A stretch of 36,386 bases of DNA from a virus (Duplodnaviria; Caudoviricetes), in the IMG/VR virus record IMGVR_UViG_3300030329_003598, positions 1 to 36,386 of that record. One strand, written 5' to 3'. The position numbers were made by a program, and so were the translations under genes. The notes beneath the pieces are model-generated. The model saw only the letters and a list, made by a program, of their open reading frames with translations, was not told the DNA's origin and made no database searches. Below, in pieces: positions 20,401 to 26,792 of the stretch. Numbering within the stretch: position 1 is the first letter of the stretch; every line of letters starts with the position of its first letter.

Positions 20401-21735
20401 AGAGTGCTATCAGCATATTTTAACCATCAGCCTATTGGTGGTATGATTGGAAATATAAAAACTTTAGCCTATGGAATTTTACTATCAAGGTTCACAAATG
20501 CAGTAACTCAGGTTCAGGACCAAGTATATAGTGTATATGAAAATGGCTGGAATCAGGTGAGAACCATAAAAAATATTTTAAGATATTTATTCAGAATGAA
20601 AAGAATAAAGAGAACTGATATAGGTGTTGAAAAAATTGCTCAGGAGCTAGACTTTAGCCTAGAAGGCAAGGGGTGGCAGGGCAGGTTAACAAAATTAATA
20701 AATGGTGGTATTAATTTGGTGTTTACATTCAGTGGCTTTACGGCTATGGATGGAATGGGTAAATCAAATATTATTAATAGTGCAATTCAAAGATATAGGG
20801 CAAAAGCTAAAAAGAATAGATTATCAAAAAAGGATAAGGACTATTTAAAGAACTTAGTTGGGGAGGAATACGATCAATTAATTGAAGATTTAAAACTAGC
20901 AGGTGATTCACCTACAATGCTAGAGTTGTTTTTGGCCTATGCAAGACTTGCGCATTATCAGCCTATTGGTAGAACTGAGGTTCCCTTGGCCTATCTAGAG
21001 TCAGGTGCTATTGGAAGAATGTTTTATATGCTTAAAACTTTTGGTATAAAGCAGTTGAATGTACTTAGAGATGAGGGCTGGGACATTATAAGTGGAAAAC
21101 AAAAGGGCAATAAAATAAAGGCAACAGCAAACTTAATGTACCTAGGGACTTTGATTGTATTGGCAGGTGCAGGTGGCGATGAGTTAAAGGAATGGATGAA
21201 GGGTAAAAAATCTAGATTCTCAGAAAAGATAGAAGATAATTTACTTAAGATAATACTTGTGAATAAATACTTTGCAGATAAAACAAGAAGAGAGGCAGTT
21301 TATAAAGGTGTTATAACTTCTTTTATAGAAAATTTTCAGAAAAACTTCCTCCAACTTACAGCACCAACAGTACTTGCAGAGGTTTTAGATGCCTTGATGA
21401 AAGAAGTATATAAAGAGGAAGATGCTAAACCAAATAAAGGGACTAGATATATACCACTTATTGGTGACCTTCTTTATACTAGGAGAGATTTATCAGAGGC
21501 AGTTGGCATAGGTGGTAGAGGTAGAGATAGTTATGTCAGGTATAGGCTTAATGATTATTACAAGGCTACCTATAATAAGGACACAAAGAAACCTATCCAA
21601 GGGGTATTACTTGACTGGGAAATTGATGAGTATATTGAACTGATAGAGGATGCTAAAAAATATAGTGTACCACAGGTATCTTGGAAAAAACACAAAAAGC
21701 ATGTTAGGAGGTTGAAAAAATCAAAGAGACAATAA
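11437..21735 (+). CDS. Giant polyvalent ejection protein (3432 aa): lysozyme-like, degenerate metallopeptidase-like, kinase-like, glycosylase-like, ADP-ribosyltransferase-like and EEVQSDW domains plus a helical C-terminal region
   Basis: Motifs RNNNPGN; GGTTRNVY/VLKIAK/NDFKAFRN/LIDEG; GPKIGAF/TYDRWW/QAVLW; PLRVYHGS/GYDGI/VFKPEQVKS; LYIEEVQSDW; last structural gene before lysis. Confidence 0.8.
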   Translation: MSEINQEKIDAINELYSIYRLDPSAFDEEQGNAIKEAYSLIGDTTGFKPLPSVRDTFKTPQIEPTIQDSVVREDTKPEIIKKKEIKPKIISQEEIKPEDKVKPVKEYRARADYPEGFFDSRENVSDLGSFIHHYAPETENPTKAYIDSISSQLGITPDTPFHRIKPEDLVPLIAKQEGYGRPNVPATRNNNPGNLEFAGQPLAIGKDNQGFAIFESPQDGVEALINQIKLDQSRSKKWYKKETDMGLQNYWDDLYQKYYDQLNQGKDADEMALLGSGLYGGSLVSNALDNKVLLAKEDTIKPLVVGDKNVAIVKVRPDGSVFEPSHTPGIDHLNYVPVIGDARSKIKYSDKRRELEEEGYRILNLDTQQIEPTLSDLEDIQHGAVSADKKGFMDVMRDAWEDPAKYAPITGSYYEGEELWKIFTAAKKLENANGDMKALSDNEIELLYDFVLDNETERDFGGKVAEVLVNMPSFWGEILVTGGALTAGKWVTKKIITKGLKEGLEKQIKDRLIVRGVKKTAEVALVTIAGSNIAISPKADGSIGFAGRVDNTVIKKIIPGLETATLGNANLLTITGPGMDKDKAEAQAKFETYLEFFSEQTGPAFKWAGRGLGKPISKLFNQIGKLPGGDAIKRTLTNNALINTLRKANPNASVPDLKKIAERLGYHGILEEMMEERVVDISQQIALTASDLGIVSDDFDNPNYEWNLTIEQLLVELTAFSAPTGAIKSGQYLLNFSSEQRWKNSTIGKKIAEAREIGVPEEELEGKSEEDKEKIRARHEQALFMLEFFAKRNPEMYDKHFIVDIIPQLNEITKEQLEEMGLSMEGEGLDADTPVARILGSTEYKTFEKNAKVLISLYQGAGADTTVEEWYGANYKSLSEEEKNNFQQYYEKYITDSSFRAEVNERISKVEGEHFNKNSVLKPQELFEKDGKAHFFEGGVLYENSYVGKIYRKLKDMFDRLFTIGTVDKSVEKIYRDVGVGEKIVETKDIEAKEVEEIPVVEEGTPLEEIDKWITLGGQELVWDEESRSYIPKVEEDKPKREPITVGEQDMVWDEETQSYIPKEEEDKKEVTVTGVKPDIRDGKLIRTVAEEYTIKEGDAVFIGESFNVAHRVVKVEEDGITVMSGKRRNPYKQTLTLDNLFTPKEIYEKEAGIDPVNVIEVEGDKKLQKEYEEKLKKSTEVDKDKPSFQLAPKKIADLFTEDQTDNTGKLAEDKVELSRITDTRLPGGTTRNVYNINGKVLKIAKNPRGLEQNSSLKYGDLDILGSSVPNIYEIGLDYIVTENVPRKDKETRKFLKPLQKFNQTDFDNKTADLQDVLLELGLEDFMNYEVLWNDFKAFRNWGQRKNGDFVLIDEGALNKNITSTSKIPDWAKEEWNEIKSKRKKIRKLTPKGKPSFQLTPKKSVLDVAKELGAGKTEPKNEDKVSVAVVKGIRDVVKSLEDENIDLHATLEWYFDSMDKAQDIAMNEVPIESPTDALLFRTILALQSQGAKPEIQYNTTIGSYGYYKDNGTFNYNPSTTTGKEVLWSTNIKDKDVMVGGLESGAVYKNHKKLEALIEKFGLEKAMEFIITKHTGRELLDLMKELGMPKPNVRVGDEYYGARVFGPKIGAFTMNLNGVSDIATYDRWWVRTWNRWMGTPTKIEKGEEKVKGTPTGLPEEDLMNEAIAEIAKELTEATGYNWTPPAVQAVLWYYEKDLYIKHGASVPEGEDYLGSAKIRAKEKGYATTPRGDKAVRGIKRRRSVTKRKDIASLKKAPSKIRKRAKEKAPQVSYQLTPAQKEFFKDTKAVDKNGEPLRVYHGSSTKPFDSFAFGGWFTSNPSYASAYAQVIASGENVAYTGLTFPTHARTIPSYINIKKPLELNFLESNEQLIDYSTYIDELGAIVDKQIPENIIDLFRDTGESGDISGKVYAYEMTDILTMGEGEKWIKSLGYDGIKVKEAYLSDPNIRDTELEYVDTYFVFKPEQVKSVYNVNPKEDPKKSFQLAPKPKMFSTAETVADKIEAKSMKAQSIIPYLRKNGVKQDEIDWLLIGDWLSETFKPNEKVPTEKLKEYIRQHKVVFKAGALDEGLVIVQGEEFIIDNPRQKFSHITIVGGEDSDYREVVITLPKKEGTPYTSEAHFGNVKNPVAHFRVTTRYNTQGEKVLYIEEVQSDWNSTAFKIRESRVRELAIELIENKTINPETNKPFTMENWAEVKKIVSKKVPDDYGYLPRAIDKAKSELKRKFVFHNSTISQLVENIFTLEGLENNKILEGLSPEIKKAVGPALYFPLSGISVWKEKMIFENEQDYEVQYRVFRSRIVDSIIGIQTSSLLPIESAEAEKIVDSFLSIPFNTTEKYKLLKEGKVPMPVDMVEYLLNNLEDATMGDVLRFIIGEVVNERKIREESNRVSALYDSNAKPDNPYKETKKGKPWVNLAIKRIIMYGVENGFDRIAWSDGAFQNKINNIARGASSIEYKRIKGTNQYEIKVYDLNGNRIIDHQNLPNIMTLDKMDSYFNSSIIDRIIKGEGKKVELPDLEKMDKEGLLDVIDSSEGGWTRLEDGNLDSSPVFHMNLYERFLPNGFKKIGKGLGVGVETTTLEISGELGDRMPDDADYIDPTLDSRWMSKKEVNDLKLDKDEIKGFHRFREVDLGFDHLVYVVAENKETGKFSVWRIEEDIEQVDLISSNVSWKHMVKSLIGEEVDARIDRESIPLPKELKSKVINEGLPSFQLSPKSKPLDVYKDINPKNIKTASEGDKDFNQREHKVIPVSTILERISPVIHSKLLRLQFNVGVKQNNARDRINDFRKKVNKMSKKDQAIFKLAMLNSDYDTMIPLVNKYEMHTEFAEARLVLEEIRNGLISVGEDVGYIENYFPRKILNLQGLRQSLNQDAPTKTFIDSQIEQREQDLDRRLTSEEEIDLINKLIRGYSYIKSKPSFLKGRKLEQITADQMEFYEDPIAQLGRHIDISIERIENKKFLGHSDASEESIGAYIQRLRDSGMEISDAEEHRIFRVLSAYFNHQPIGGMIGNIKTLAYGILLSRFTNAVTQVQDQVYSVYENGWNQVRTIKNILRYLFRMKRIKRTDIGVEKIAQELDFSLEGKGWQGRLTKLINGGINLVFTFSGFTAMDGMGKSNIINSAIQRYRAKAKKNRLSKKDKDYLKNLVGEEYDQLIEDLKLAGDSPTMLELFLAYARLAHYQPIGRTEVPLAYLESGAIGRMFYMLKTFGIKQLNVLRDEGWDIISGKQKGNKIKATANLMYLGTLIVLAGAGGDELKEWMKGKKSRFSEKIEDNLLKIILVNKYFADKTRREAVYKGVITSFIENFQKNFLQLTAPTVLAEVLDALMKEVYKEEDAKPNKGTRYIPLIGDLLYTRRDLSEAVGIGGRGRDSYVRYRLNDYYKATYNKDTKKPIQGVLLDWEIDEYIELIEDAKKYSVPQVSWKKHKKHVRRLKKSKRQ
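14476..14640 (+). repeat. Two tandem 25-aa repeats with 90-nt period in the giant protein
   Basis: ITLGGQELVWDEESRSYIPKVEEDK and ITVGEQDMVWDEETQSYIPKEEEDK. Confidence 0.9.
14992..19569 (+). repeat. Five dispersed S(F/Y)QLxP linker repeats
   Basis: KPSFQLAPK 14992, KPSFQLTPK 15616, QVSYQLTPA 16741, KKSFQLAPK 17371, LPSFQLSPK 19543. Confidence 0.9.
16607..16747 (+). CDS. Candidate nested 46-aa ORF in an alternate frame of the giant gene
   Basis: AAGGAG at 16594-16599, 7-nt spacer, ATG; MQPHPEVIKQLEGLRDAGVLQKEKILPVLKKHLQKLEKGLKKKLLK. Confidence 0.45.
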   Translation: MQPHPEVIKQLEGLRDAGVLQKEKILPVLKKHLQKLEKGLKKKLLK

Positions 21736-22157
21736 AGAAAATAATTAAATATGTTTTAAAAGATTTAAATATGGACTCAGAAGAGGCAAGAAACTTAGTA
21801 TACAGGACAGGTATGGCTGAGAGTGGGTACAGGCATCTAGAGCAGGTAAAGGGTCCAGCTCTTGGTTTTTGGCAAGTAGAACCTGCTACAATAAAAGATA
21901 CTGTATATAACTATGCTAAGTTTAGACAACCACTAATGGATAAATTAATTAAAAGGGGTTTGCTGTTAGACGATTTAGATAATAGTGTATTATCTTCATT
22001 GTATTTACAAATAGCATTTTGCAGATTGAAGTACAGAAGAGATAAGCATCCAATCCCTCATACACTTAAAGACCAAGCAGATTACTGGAAAAGAGTGTAT
22101 AATTCAGAGGGTGGGAAGGGAACCCCAGAGCATTTTATAAAAGCAAATATAGCATAA
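21720..22157 (+). CDS. Putative endolysin, lysozyme/transglycosylase-like fold (start at ATC 21720 or ATG 21771)
   Basis: AESG catalytic-Glu-like motif, GPALGFWQVEPAT, YWKRVYNSxxGKG; next to holin-like genes; AGGAGG at 21706. Confidence 0.65.
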   Translation: MKETIKKIIKYVLKDLNMDSEEARNLVYRTGMAESGYRHLEQVKGPALGFWQVEPATIKDTVYNYAKFRQPLMDKLIKRGLLLDDLDNSVLSSLYLQIAFCRLKYRRDKHPIPHTLKDQADYWKRVYNSEGGKGTPEHFIKANIA

Positions 22158-22163
22158 CTAACT

Positions 22164-22487
22164 ATGGAACCATTTGATATATTAGAAAGGTTTGGTGTAC
22201 CTGTTAGTATGTGTATTGCTTTTGGATTTTTTATCTGGAAGCAAAACAAGTTTATACAAGATGAGTTGCAGAAAGAATTAAGAGAGTCTTTTGAGAGACT
22301 TGAAAATATTATAGATAAGGATTTTAGGAACATAGTAATTGGTTTGATTAATGCACAAAAAGAGAACCAAATTAAATTAAGTGAAATGAACAGAAGCTAT
22401 AAAGCTATTGTTGAAATAATGTCTTATCTGTCAGGTAATGGGCTTAAAGAGAAGTTCTTACGAAAAAAGACAGATGATGACTGGTAA
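22164..22487 (+). CDS. Holin-like membrane protein
   Basis: N-terminal TM segment (FGVPVSMCIAFGFFIW) plus coiled coil, directly after the endolysin. Confidence 0.55.
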   Translation: MEPFDILERFGVPVSMCIAFGFFIWKQNKFIQDELQKELRESFERLENIIDKDFRNIVIGLINAQKENQIKLSEMNRSYKAIVEIMSYLSGNGLKEKFLRKKTDDDW

Positions 22488-22507
22488 CCTAAAAGGAGAA
22501 TTTAAAG

Positions 22508-22678
22508 ATGAAAGACACATTAAGAACGATCGTAGACACACCTGTATTAGGAATGGGAACAGCATTTACAGGCTCATTAATACACTACTTAGAGGCATTT
22601 AACCCAATACTGAGTTTTGTATCATTAGCTATAGGTATAATTGTGGGAACAGTTACACTCTGGAGGATGGTTAAATAA
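22508..22678 (+). CDS. 56-aa membrane protein, possible holin (not in ORF track)
   Basis: AAGGAG RBS; MKDTLRTIVDTPVLGMGTAFTGSLIHYLEAFNPILSFVSLAIGIIVGTVTLWRMVK. Confidence 0.7.
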   Translation: MKDTLRTIVDTPVLGMGTAFTGSLIHYLEAFNPILSFVSLAIGIIVGTVTLWRMVK

Positions 22679-22812
22679 TGATAGTAAAGTACCTTTTAAA
22701 AAGGATAATTCCCATAGTCAATGGTGTTATAAGTGACACGCTTGGGTGTGTTTATGATAGAATTGAGGCATTAGAAATAAAATTAGATAAACTAGAGAAA
22801 AGGAGAAAGTAA
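22678..22812 (+). CDS. 44-aa hypothetical protein (not in ORF track)
   Basis: TAATG coupling, GGAGG upstream; MIVKYLLKRIIPIV...EKRRK. Confidence 0.65.
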   Translation: MIVKYLLKRIIPIVNGVISDTLGCVYDRIEALEIKLDKLEKRRK

Positions 22813-22814
22813 AC

Positions 22815-22985
22815 ATGCTAAAGAAAATAATAATGGAATATCTTTTTGATGAAGAAAATAAAAAGGAAATTATTTCAAAGTTAAATGAGGAAGTCAATAT
22901 CCCTTTTATAAGTGAGAAGACAGAAGAAAAGGCTATAACTGCTGTTTTTGATATCTTCCAAGAGGTACTTGAGAAAAAACTTTAA
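22815..22985 (+). CDS. 56-aa hypothetical protein (not in ORF track)
   Basis: AGGAG RBS; MLKKIIMEYLFDEENKKEIISKLNEEVNIPFISEKTEEKA... Confidence 0.7.
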   Translation: MLKKIIMEYLFDEENKKEIISKLNEEVNIPFISEKTEEKAITAVFDIFQEVLEKKL

Positions 22986-22997
22986 CAGATTATAGGG

Positions 22998-23023
22998 ATG
23001 GGGCTTTTTAGCCCCATTTCCCT
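22998..23023 (+). terminator. Hairpin ending the late operon
   Basis: ATGGGGCT-TTTT-AGCCCCAT perfect stem right after the last lysis-region gene; weak U-tract. Confidence 0.65.
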
Positions 23024-23038
23024 TAAATAAAACAATCC

Positions 23039-23067
23039 TTGTTTAAATCCTACAATTCTTTTAAATT
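23039..23067 (+). promoter_or_regulatory. Candidate sigma70-type promoter for the replication/recombination block
   Basis: TTGTTT-N17-TAAATT in the intergenic gap before 23111. Confidence 0.45.
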
Positions 23068-23110
23068 ACATTAAAGATAGTTAATTGTAACAAACACAAG
23101 GAGATGTACT

Positions 23111-23716
23111 ATGGGAAACAAGGTCGCTAACGATCTATTGATAGAACTAGGCAAAACCACACCCTTAGAAGAAATCAAACATAGAAAACAAAGCACAGGC
23201 AATGGCAAGTTTATTAAGTTGTCATATGTTGATGCTAGGTTTTGTATGGACAGATTAGATGAGGTGGTTGGACCTGCTTATTGGAAAAAAGATTATAAGT
23301 TGATTGGAGCCACACTATATTGTGGTGTATCTATTCTTGTAGGTGAAGAGTGGGTAACTAAATGGGATTGTGGTAGTGAGAATACTTTTGAAAAAGAAAA
23401 GTCTCTTGCAAGTGATTCATTTAAAAGGGCTTGTGTTTGCTGGGGAATAGCGCGAGACCTATATAGTAATAAAAGAAGTGACTCCCAAGTCACATCTCCA
23501 AAGGCTGACAATAATGCGCCTATAGTTGGTGGAGCATCAACTTCTGGCGCTAGTCAGCCAAATACAGTTGGGTTTGGAAAACATGCAGGTAATGAGTGGG
23601 CAAAGGTACCATTAGATTATGTGGAGTGGGTTGCTAGTAATATGAAAGACCCAGCAAAAAGCCAAGCTGATGCAGAGTTAAGAAGAAGAGCTACCCAAGC
23701 TGAAAATGTCCATTAA
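23111..23716 (+). CDS. Rad52/Sak-family single-strand annealing protein with C-terminal FGKH domain
   Basis: LSYVDARFCMDRLDEVVG, WVTKWDCG, KSLASDSFKRACVCWGIARDLY; C-terminal FGKHAG..VPLDYVEW. Confidence 0.85.
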   Translation: MGNKVANDLLIELGKTTPLEEIKHRKQSTGNGKFIKLSYVDARFCMDRLDEVVGPAYWKKDYKLIGATLYCGVSILVGEEWVTKWDCGSENTFEKEKSLASDSFKRACVCWGIARDLYSNKRSDSQVTSPKADNNAPIVGGASTSGASQPNTVGFGKHAGNEWAKVPLDYVEWVASNMKDPAKSQADAELRRRATQAENVH

Positions 23717-24440
23717 GCTAGTAGAGAACACTGTATATGGAAGATACTATGATATAGGGGGCTTAGTTGTCCCCTCTGTCACCACTGTTGTAAGGGGTGG
23801 AAGTCCTATGCCTTACTTCCTAATGAAACACATAATAAAGAACTCAGAGGGTGACTATGATAAATATTTATCTAAGACATCTGAAGCTCTAAGGGTAGGG
23901 AGCTTGGCTCATGATTATTGTGAAAAACTTTTATTAGGTGAGAGTTTTGAAGTAGAGAATGATGCAGAGGTCCAGAGGGCCTTAATTTCCTTTTGTGCTT
24001 GGTATAAAGAATATAAACCTAAAGTAATAGCAACTGAAGAAATTTTATATTCATCAGCTATTAATAAAGGTAGGTTGGTATATCCTTATGCTGGTAGGTG
24101 TGATTTGGTTGCTGAAATAGATGGTGAGATTTGGATGATAGATTTCAAAACAGCAAAGCAGATAAGTGACCCTGCATTTGATATACAGCTAAGTATGTAT
24201 AAAAATCTCTGGGACATAAACAATCCTGATAAGATAATAGATAAAATGGGTGTGGTTCATTGCAAGAAGAATTTTATGGGCAAAGAGCCATCTAGGAATA
24301 CTAGGTTGTTTAAAGAGGTTAAATACTCACCAAAAGCTGTAGACTCAGTTGTATATCTTTTTAATCTATATAATGATAGTGTTGATAAGGCTGGATACCC
24401 CAAGACAAAACCTAGCCTACAAACATTCTTTAAGCTATAA
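23706..24440 (+). CDS. PD-(D/E)XK exonuclease, probable recombination partner
   Basis: PSVTT, GSLAHDYCE, YAGRCDL...IDFKT, QLSMY motifs. Confidence 0.8.
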   Translation: MSIKLVENTVYGRYYDIGGLVVPSVTTVVRGGSPMPYFLMKHIIKNSEGDYDKYLSKTSEALRVGSLAHDYCEKLLLGESFEVENDAEVQRALISFCAWYKEYKPKVIATEEILYSSAINKGRLVYPYAGRCDLVAEIDGEIWMIDFKTAKQISDPAFDIQLSMYKNLWDINNPDKIIDKMGVVHCKKNFMGKEPSRNTRLFKEVKYSPKAVDSVVYLFNLYNDSVDKAGYPKTKPSLQTFFKL

Positions 24441-25147
24441 TGGTTAAGGGAGATTATATACTTATATTTGATTGGTTGATTGGCGATCAAAATCTTTCAG
24501 ACAAACAAAAACTTCTCTTAGCAAAAATAGAAAACTTGGATAGAGATAGGGGATGCTATGCAAGTAATTCATATTTTGCTAACCTTTTAAACACAACCAA
24601 GGGTACAATAAGCAAGTTAATTAGTGACTTGGGAACCAAGGGCTATATCAATGTAGCAGTAGAAAGAAATGACAATAATATGGTTATTGGTAGGACTATT
24701 ACTATAAACACTACCCTATGGGCGAAAAGAACCATACCTATGGTTAAAAAGGGAAAAGATATAAATACTGATTTAAAATCAAATATAAATAAACGAATTG
24801 ATTTGTTTGATAAAAGTGTTAGGACTTTTATTCAATATGATAAATCAATATTAGATGAGTTTATAAACTATTGGACTGAATTAAACCCATCCAAAACAAA
24901 GTTTAGAAAAGAGGGTGAGAAATTCTTTGATATAGCTAGGAGATTAGCTACTTGGGCAAAGAATAGCAAGGAATATAAAAACAAAAAGAAATCTACCACA
25001 CTAGCTAACTACAAGCTAGATTCAACTGGAAAGTTCTTCAGGGCTTGGTGCAGTAAGTGTAATACATCTGAGTCATATAGTAGCTTTGAGATAGGTGGCA
25101 ATTCTAGATGCTGTGGTGGTAGTCTTTCACCAACAAAGGGGGGATAA
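24440..25147 (+). CDS. Replication initiator (N-terminal winged HTH, C-terminal Cys cluster)
   Basis: GCYASNSYFANLL...TISKLISDL..KGYI; FINYW...RRLATW; CSKC..CC. Confidence 0.75.
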   Translation: MVKGDYILIFDWLIGDQNLSDKQKLLLAKIENLDRDRGCYASNSYFANLLNTTKGTISKLISDLGTKGYINVAVERNDNNMVIGRTITINTTLWAKRTIPMVKKGKDINTDLKSNINKRIDLFDKSVRTFIQYDKSILDEFINYWTELNPSKTKFRKEGEKFFDIARRLATWAKNSKEYKNKKKSTTLANYKLDSTGKFFRAWCSKCNTSESYSSFEIGGNSRCCGGSLSPTKGG

Positions 25148-25148
25148 G

Positions 25149-25364
25149 ATGGCATTAGCAATAGAACCATTTCTAGAGGAGTTAGAGCCAAGCTATGTGG
25201 TAATATCCAAGGATAAATGGGAAAGAATGATCGCTATAAAAGATGATTATGAGCATTTACAAAGGCAACACGACAAGGCACTTAAAGATATGCAAAAACA
25301 AAACTATAGGATAAAAGAATATGAGAGAGCACTTAGAGATGTCCATAACAGCCAAGGCTTATAA
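25149..25364 (+). CDS. Hypothetical coiled-coil protein
   Basis: ATG 25149 just after the initiator stop, with GGGGG RBS. Confidence 0.6.
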   Translation: MALAIEPFLEELEPSYVVISKDKWERMIAIKDDYEHLQRQHDKALKDMQKQNYRIKEYERALRDVHNSQGL

Positions 25365-25518
25365 AGTACCAGGAAGATGTGAGATGTGTCATTCTAATTA
25401 TCTTAGGACACATCAGTTTTTCCATTGGGAGGGTATGTTAACCAAAGATAAATTAATAGTATGTAGCAAGTGTGCTAAAAAAGAAGCAGGTAAAAAGTAT
25501 TGGAACAAGGTTAGGTGA
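25339..25518 (+). CDS. Small Zn-finger protein
   Basis: CEMC...CSKC; start uncertain (25321 or 25339). Confidence 0.6.
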   Translation: MSITAKAYKVPGRCEMCHSNYLRTHQFFHWEGMLTKDKLIVCSKCAKKEAGKKYWNKVR

Positions 25519-25604
25519 TAAAAGATATATTAGATATAGTAGTGTATATAATGTTTATTCCAATGTTGTTTTTTATATTAAATTTGCTGAGGTCATTATT
25601 ATAG
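25515..25604 (+). CDS. 29-aa hydrophobic peptide (not in ORF track)
   Basis: GTGA overlap with the upstream stop; MIKDILDIVVYIMFIPMLFFILNLLRSLL; its TAG overlaps the ATA at 25601. Confidence 0.45.
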   Translation: MIKDILDIVVYIMFIPMLFFILNLLRSLL

Positions 25605-26629
25605 TTAATCACTTAGATTTATTTTCAGGTGTAGGTGGCTTTTCTTTGGCCTTAAAAAGAGCTATTGGAAAAGATAAGGTGGGCTGGGTAGGGTACTCAG
25701 ATATAGACAAACATGCAAACAAAGTATTTAAAAGGAGATTTCCAGATGCAGAAGGACTTGGCTCAGTTACAGATATTCAACCAGAAAACCTCCCAGAAAG
25801 AATTGACCTTGTCACTTTTGGAAGCCCTTGTCAAGATTTCTCGATCGCTGGAAAGCGAGGTGGCATCTCAGCAAATAGAAGCAGTTTATTCTTTGAAGCA
25901 ATGCGAATCATTAGGGCTAAAAAACCCAAATATTTTGTCTTTGAAAACGTCAAAGGTCTTTTTTCAAGTGGAAAAGGAGAAGACTTTACAATCGTACTGC
26001 GAGAGATTGCCAACGCTGGGTATGATGGTCAATGGGAATTACTTAATAGTAGGTTCTTTGGAGTCCCCCAAAACAGAGAGAGGATATACCTTGTTGGACA
26101 TCTTAGAGGACAACCCAGACCAGAAGTATTCCCTATCAGAGAATCAAGTAAAGAGCTTGACATCAGGGATGCAGAAGTCGCGAATCCTCTCCAACACCCT
26201 GGACACTCAGGGGGAAACTACAGAGGAATGAATATGGTTATCTGTACAGATGATGGTGCTAGTGAGGACTATCAAGCATCAATGAAAAATATGTCTCCCT
26301 GCTTAAAATCTTCACGTTCTAACTATAAACTAGAATTTAAGATTGCAGATTATAGAAATGATGAGGGTTTTAGGATTAGGAAAGATGGTAATTCTCCTTG
26401 TTTATCACAAAGAAGACACTCAGATAAAGATTTATCAACAATGCCACCTATCGTTATTGAAAACACTTCAAAAATAAGAAGATTAACACCTGTGGAATGT
26501 TGTCGTTTACAATCTTATCCAGATGATTGGAATGATTGTTGTTCAGATAGCCAAAGATATAAACAGATGGGCAACTCAATAACAGTTAATGTAGCAGAAG
26601 AAATATTCAGGAGATTATATGATGTTTAA
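25601..26629 (+). CDS. DNA (cytosine-5)-methyltransferase (start uncertain: ATA 25601 or GTG 25472)
   Basis: Motif I DLFSGVGG, IV GSPCQDFS, VI ENVKG, VIII QNRERIY, IX RRLTPVECCRLQSYPD, X YKQMGNS. Confidence 0.95.
   Translation: MVNHLDLFSGVGGFSLALKRAIGKDKVGWVGYSDIDKHANKVFKRRFPDAEGLGSVTDIQPENLPERIDLVTFGSPCQDFSIAGKRGGISANRSSLFFEAMRIIRAKKPKYFVFENVKGLFSSGKGEDFTIVLREIANAGYDGQWELLNSRFFGVPQNRERIYLVGHLRGQPRPEVFPIRESSKELDIRDAEVANPLQHPGHSGGNYRGMNMVICTDDGASEDYQASMKNMSPCLKSSRSNYKLEFKIADYRNDEGFRIRKDGNSPCLSQRRHSDKDLSTMPPIVIENTSKIRRLTPVECCRLQSYPDDWNDCCSDSQRYKQMGNSITVNVAEEIFRRLYDV
25713..26231 (+). CDS. Alternate-frame ORF inside the methyltransferase gene (possible accessory subunit)
   Basis: 172 open codons over motifs III-VIII containing TLLDILEDNPDQKYSLS. 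Confidence 0.5.
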   Translation: MQTKYLKGDFQMQKDLAQLQIFNQKTSQKELTLSLLEALVKISRSLESEVASQQIEAVYSLKQCESLGLKNPNILSLKTSKVFFQVEKEKTLQSYCERLPTLGMMVNGNYLIVGSLESPKTERGYTLLDILEDNPDQKYSLSENQVKSLTSGMQKSRILSNTLDTQGETTEE

Positions 26630-26786
26630 ATGTACAATATGCAAAGCAGATGCAGACATTGAAGAGGGTGGTATAGAAAAATGTTTGCTGGGTATGATAG
26701 AGGCATCTTTTTGTGTTTTTTGTTTATCTTCTATAATAGATATGATGGGCTATTTGGAAACTGAAAAACATATTAAAAGGAAATAA
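26619..26786 (+). CDS. 55-aa Zn-ribbon protein (not in ORF track)
   Basis: AGGAG RBS; CTIC...CVFC. Confidence 0.65.
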   Translation: MMFKCTICKADADIEEGGIEKCLLGMIEASFCVFCLSSIIDMMGYLETEKHIKRK

Positions 26787-26792
26787 AATTAT

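Noticed and set aside
981-22333. Minus-strand ORFs over structural genes (e.g. 981-1340, 12675-13184, 14103-14342)
   Set aside because: Antisense shadows of well-supported plus-strand genes, Ser/Leu/Phe-rich, without evident RBS
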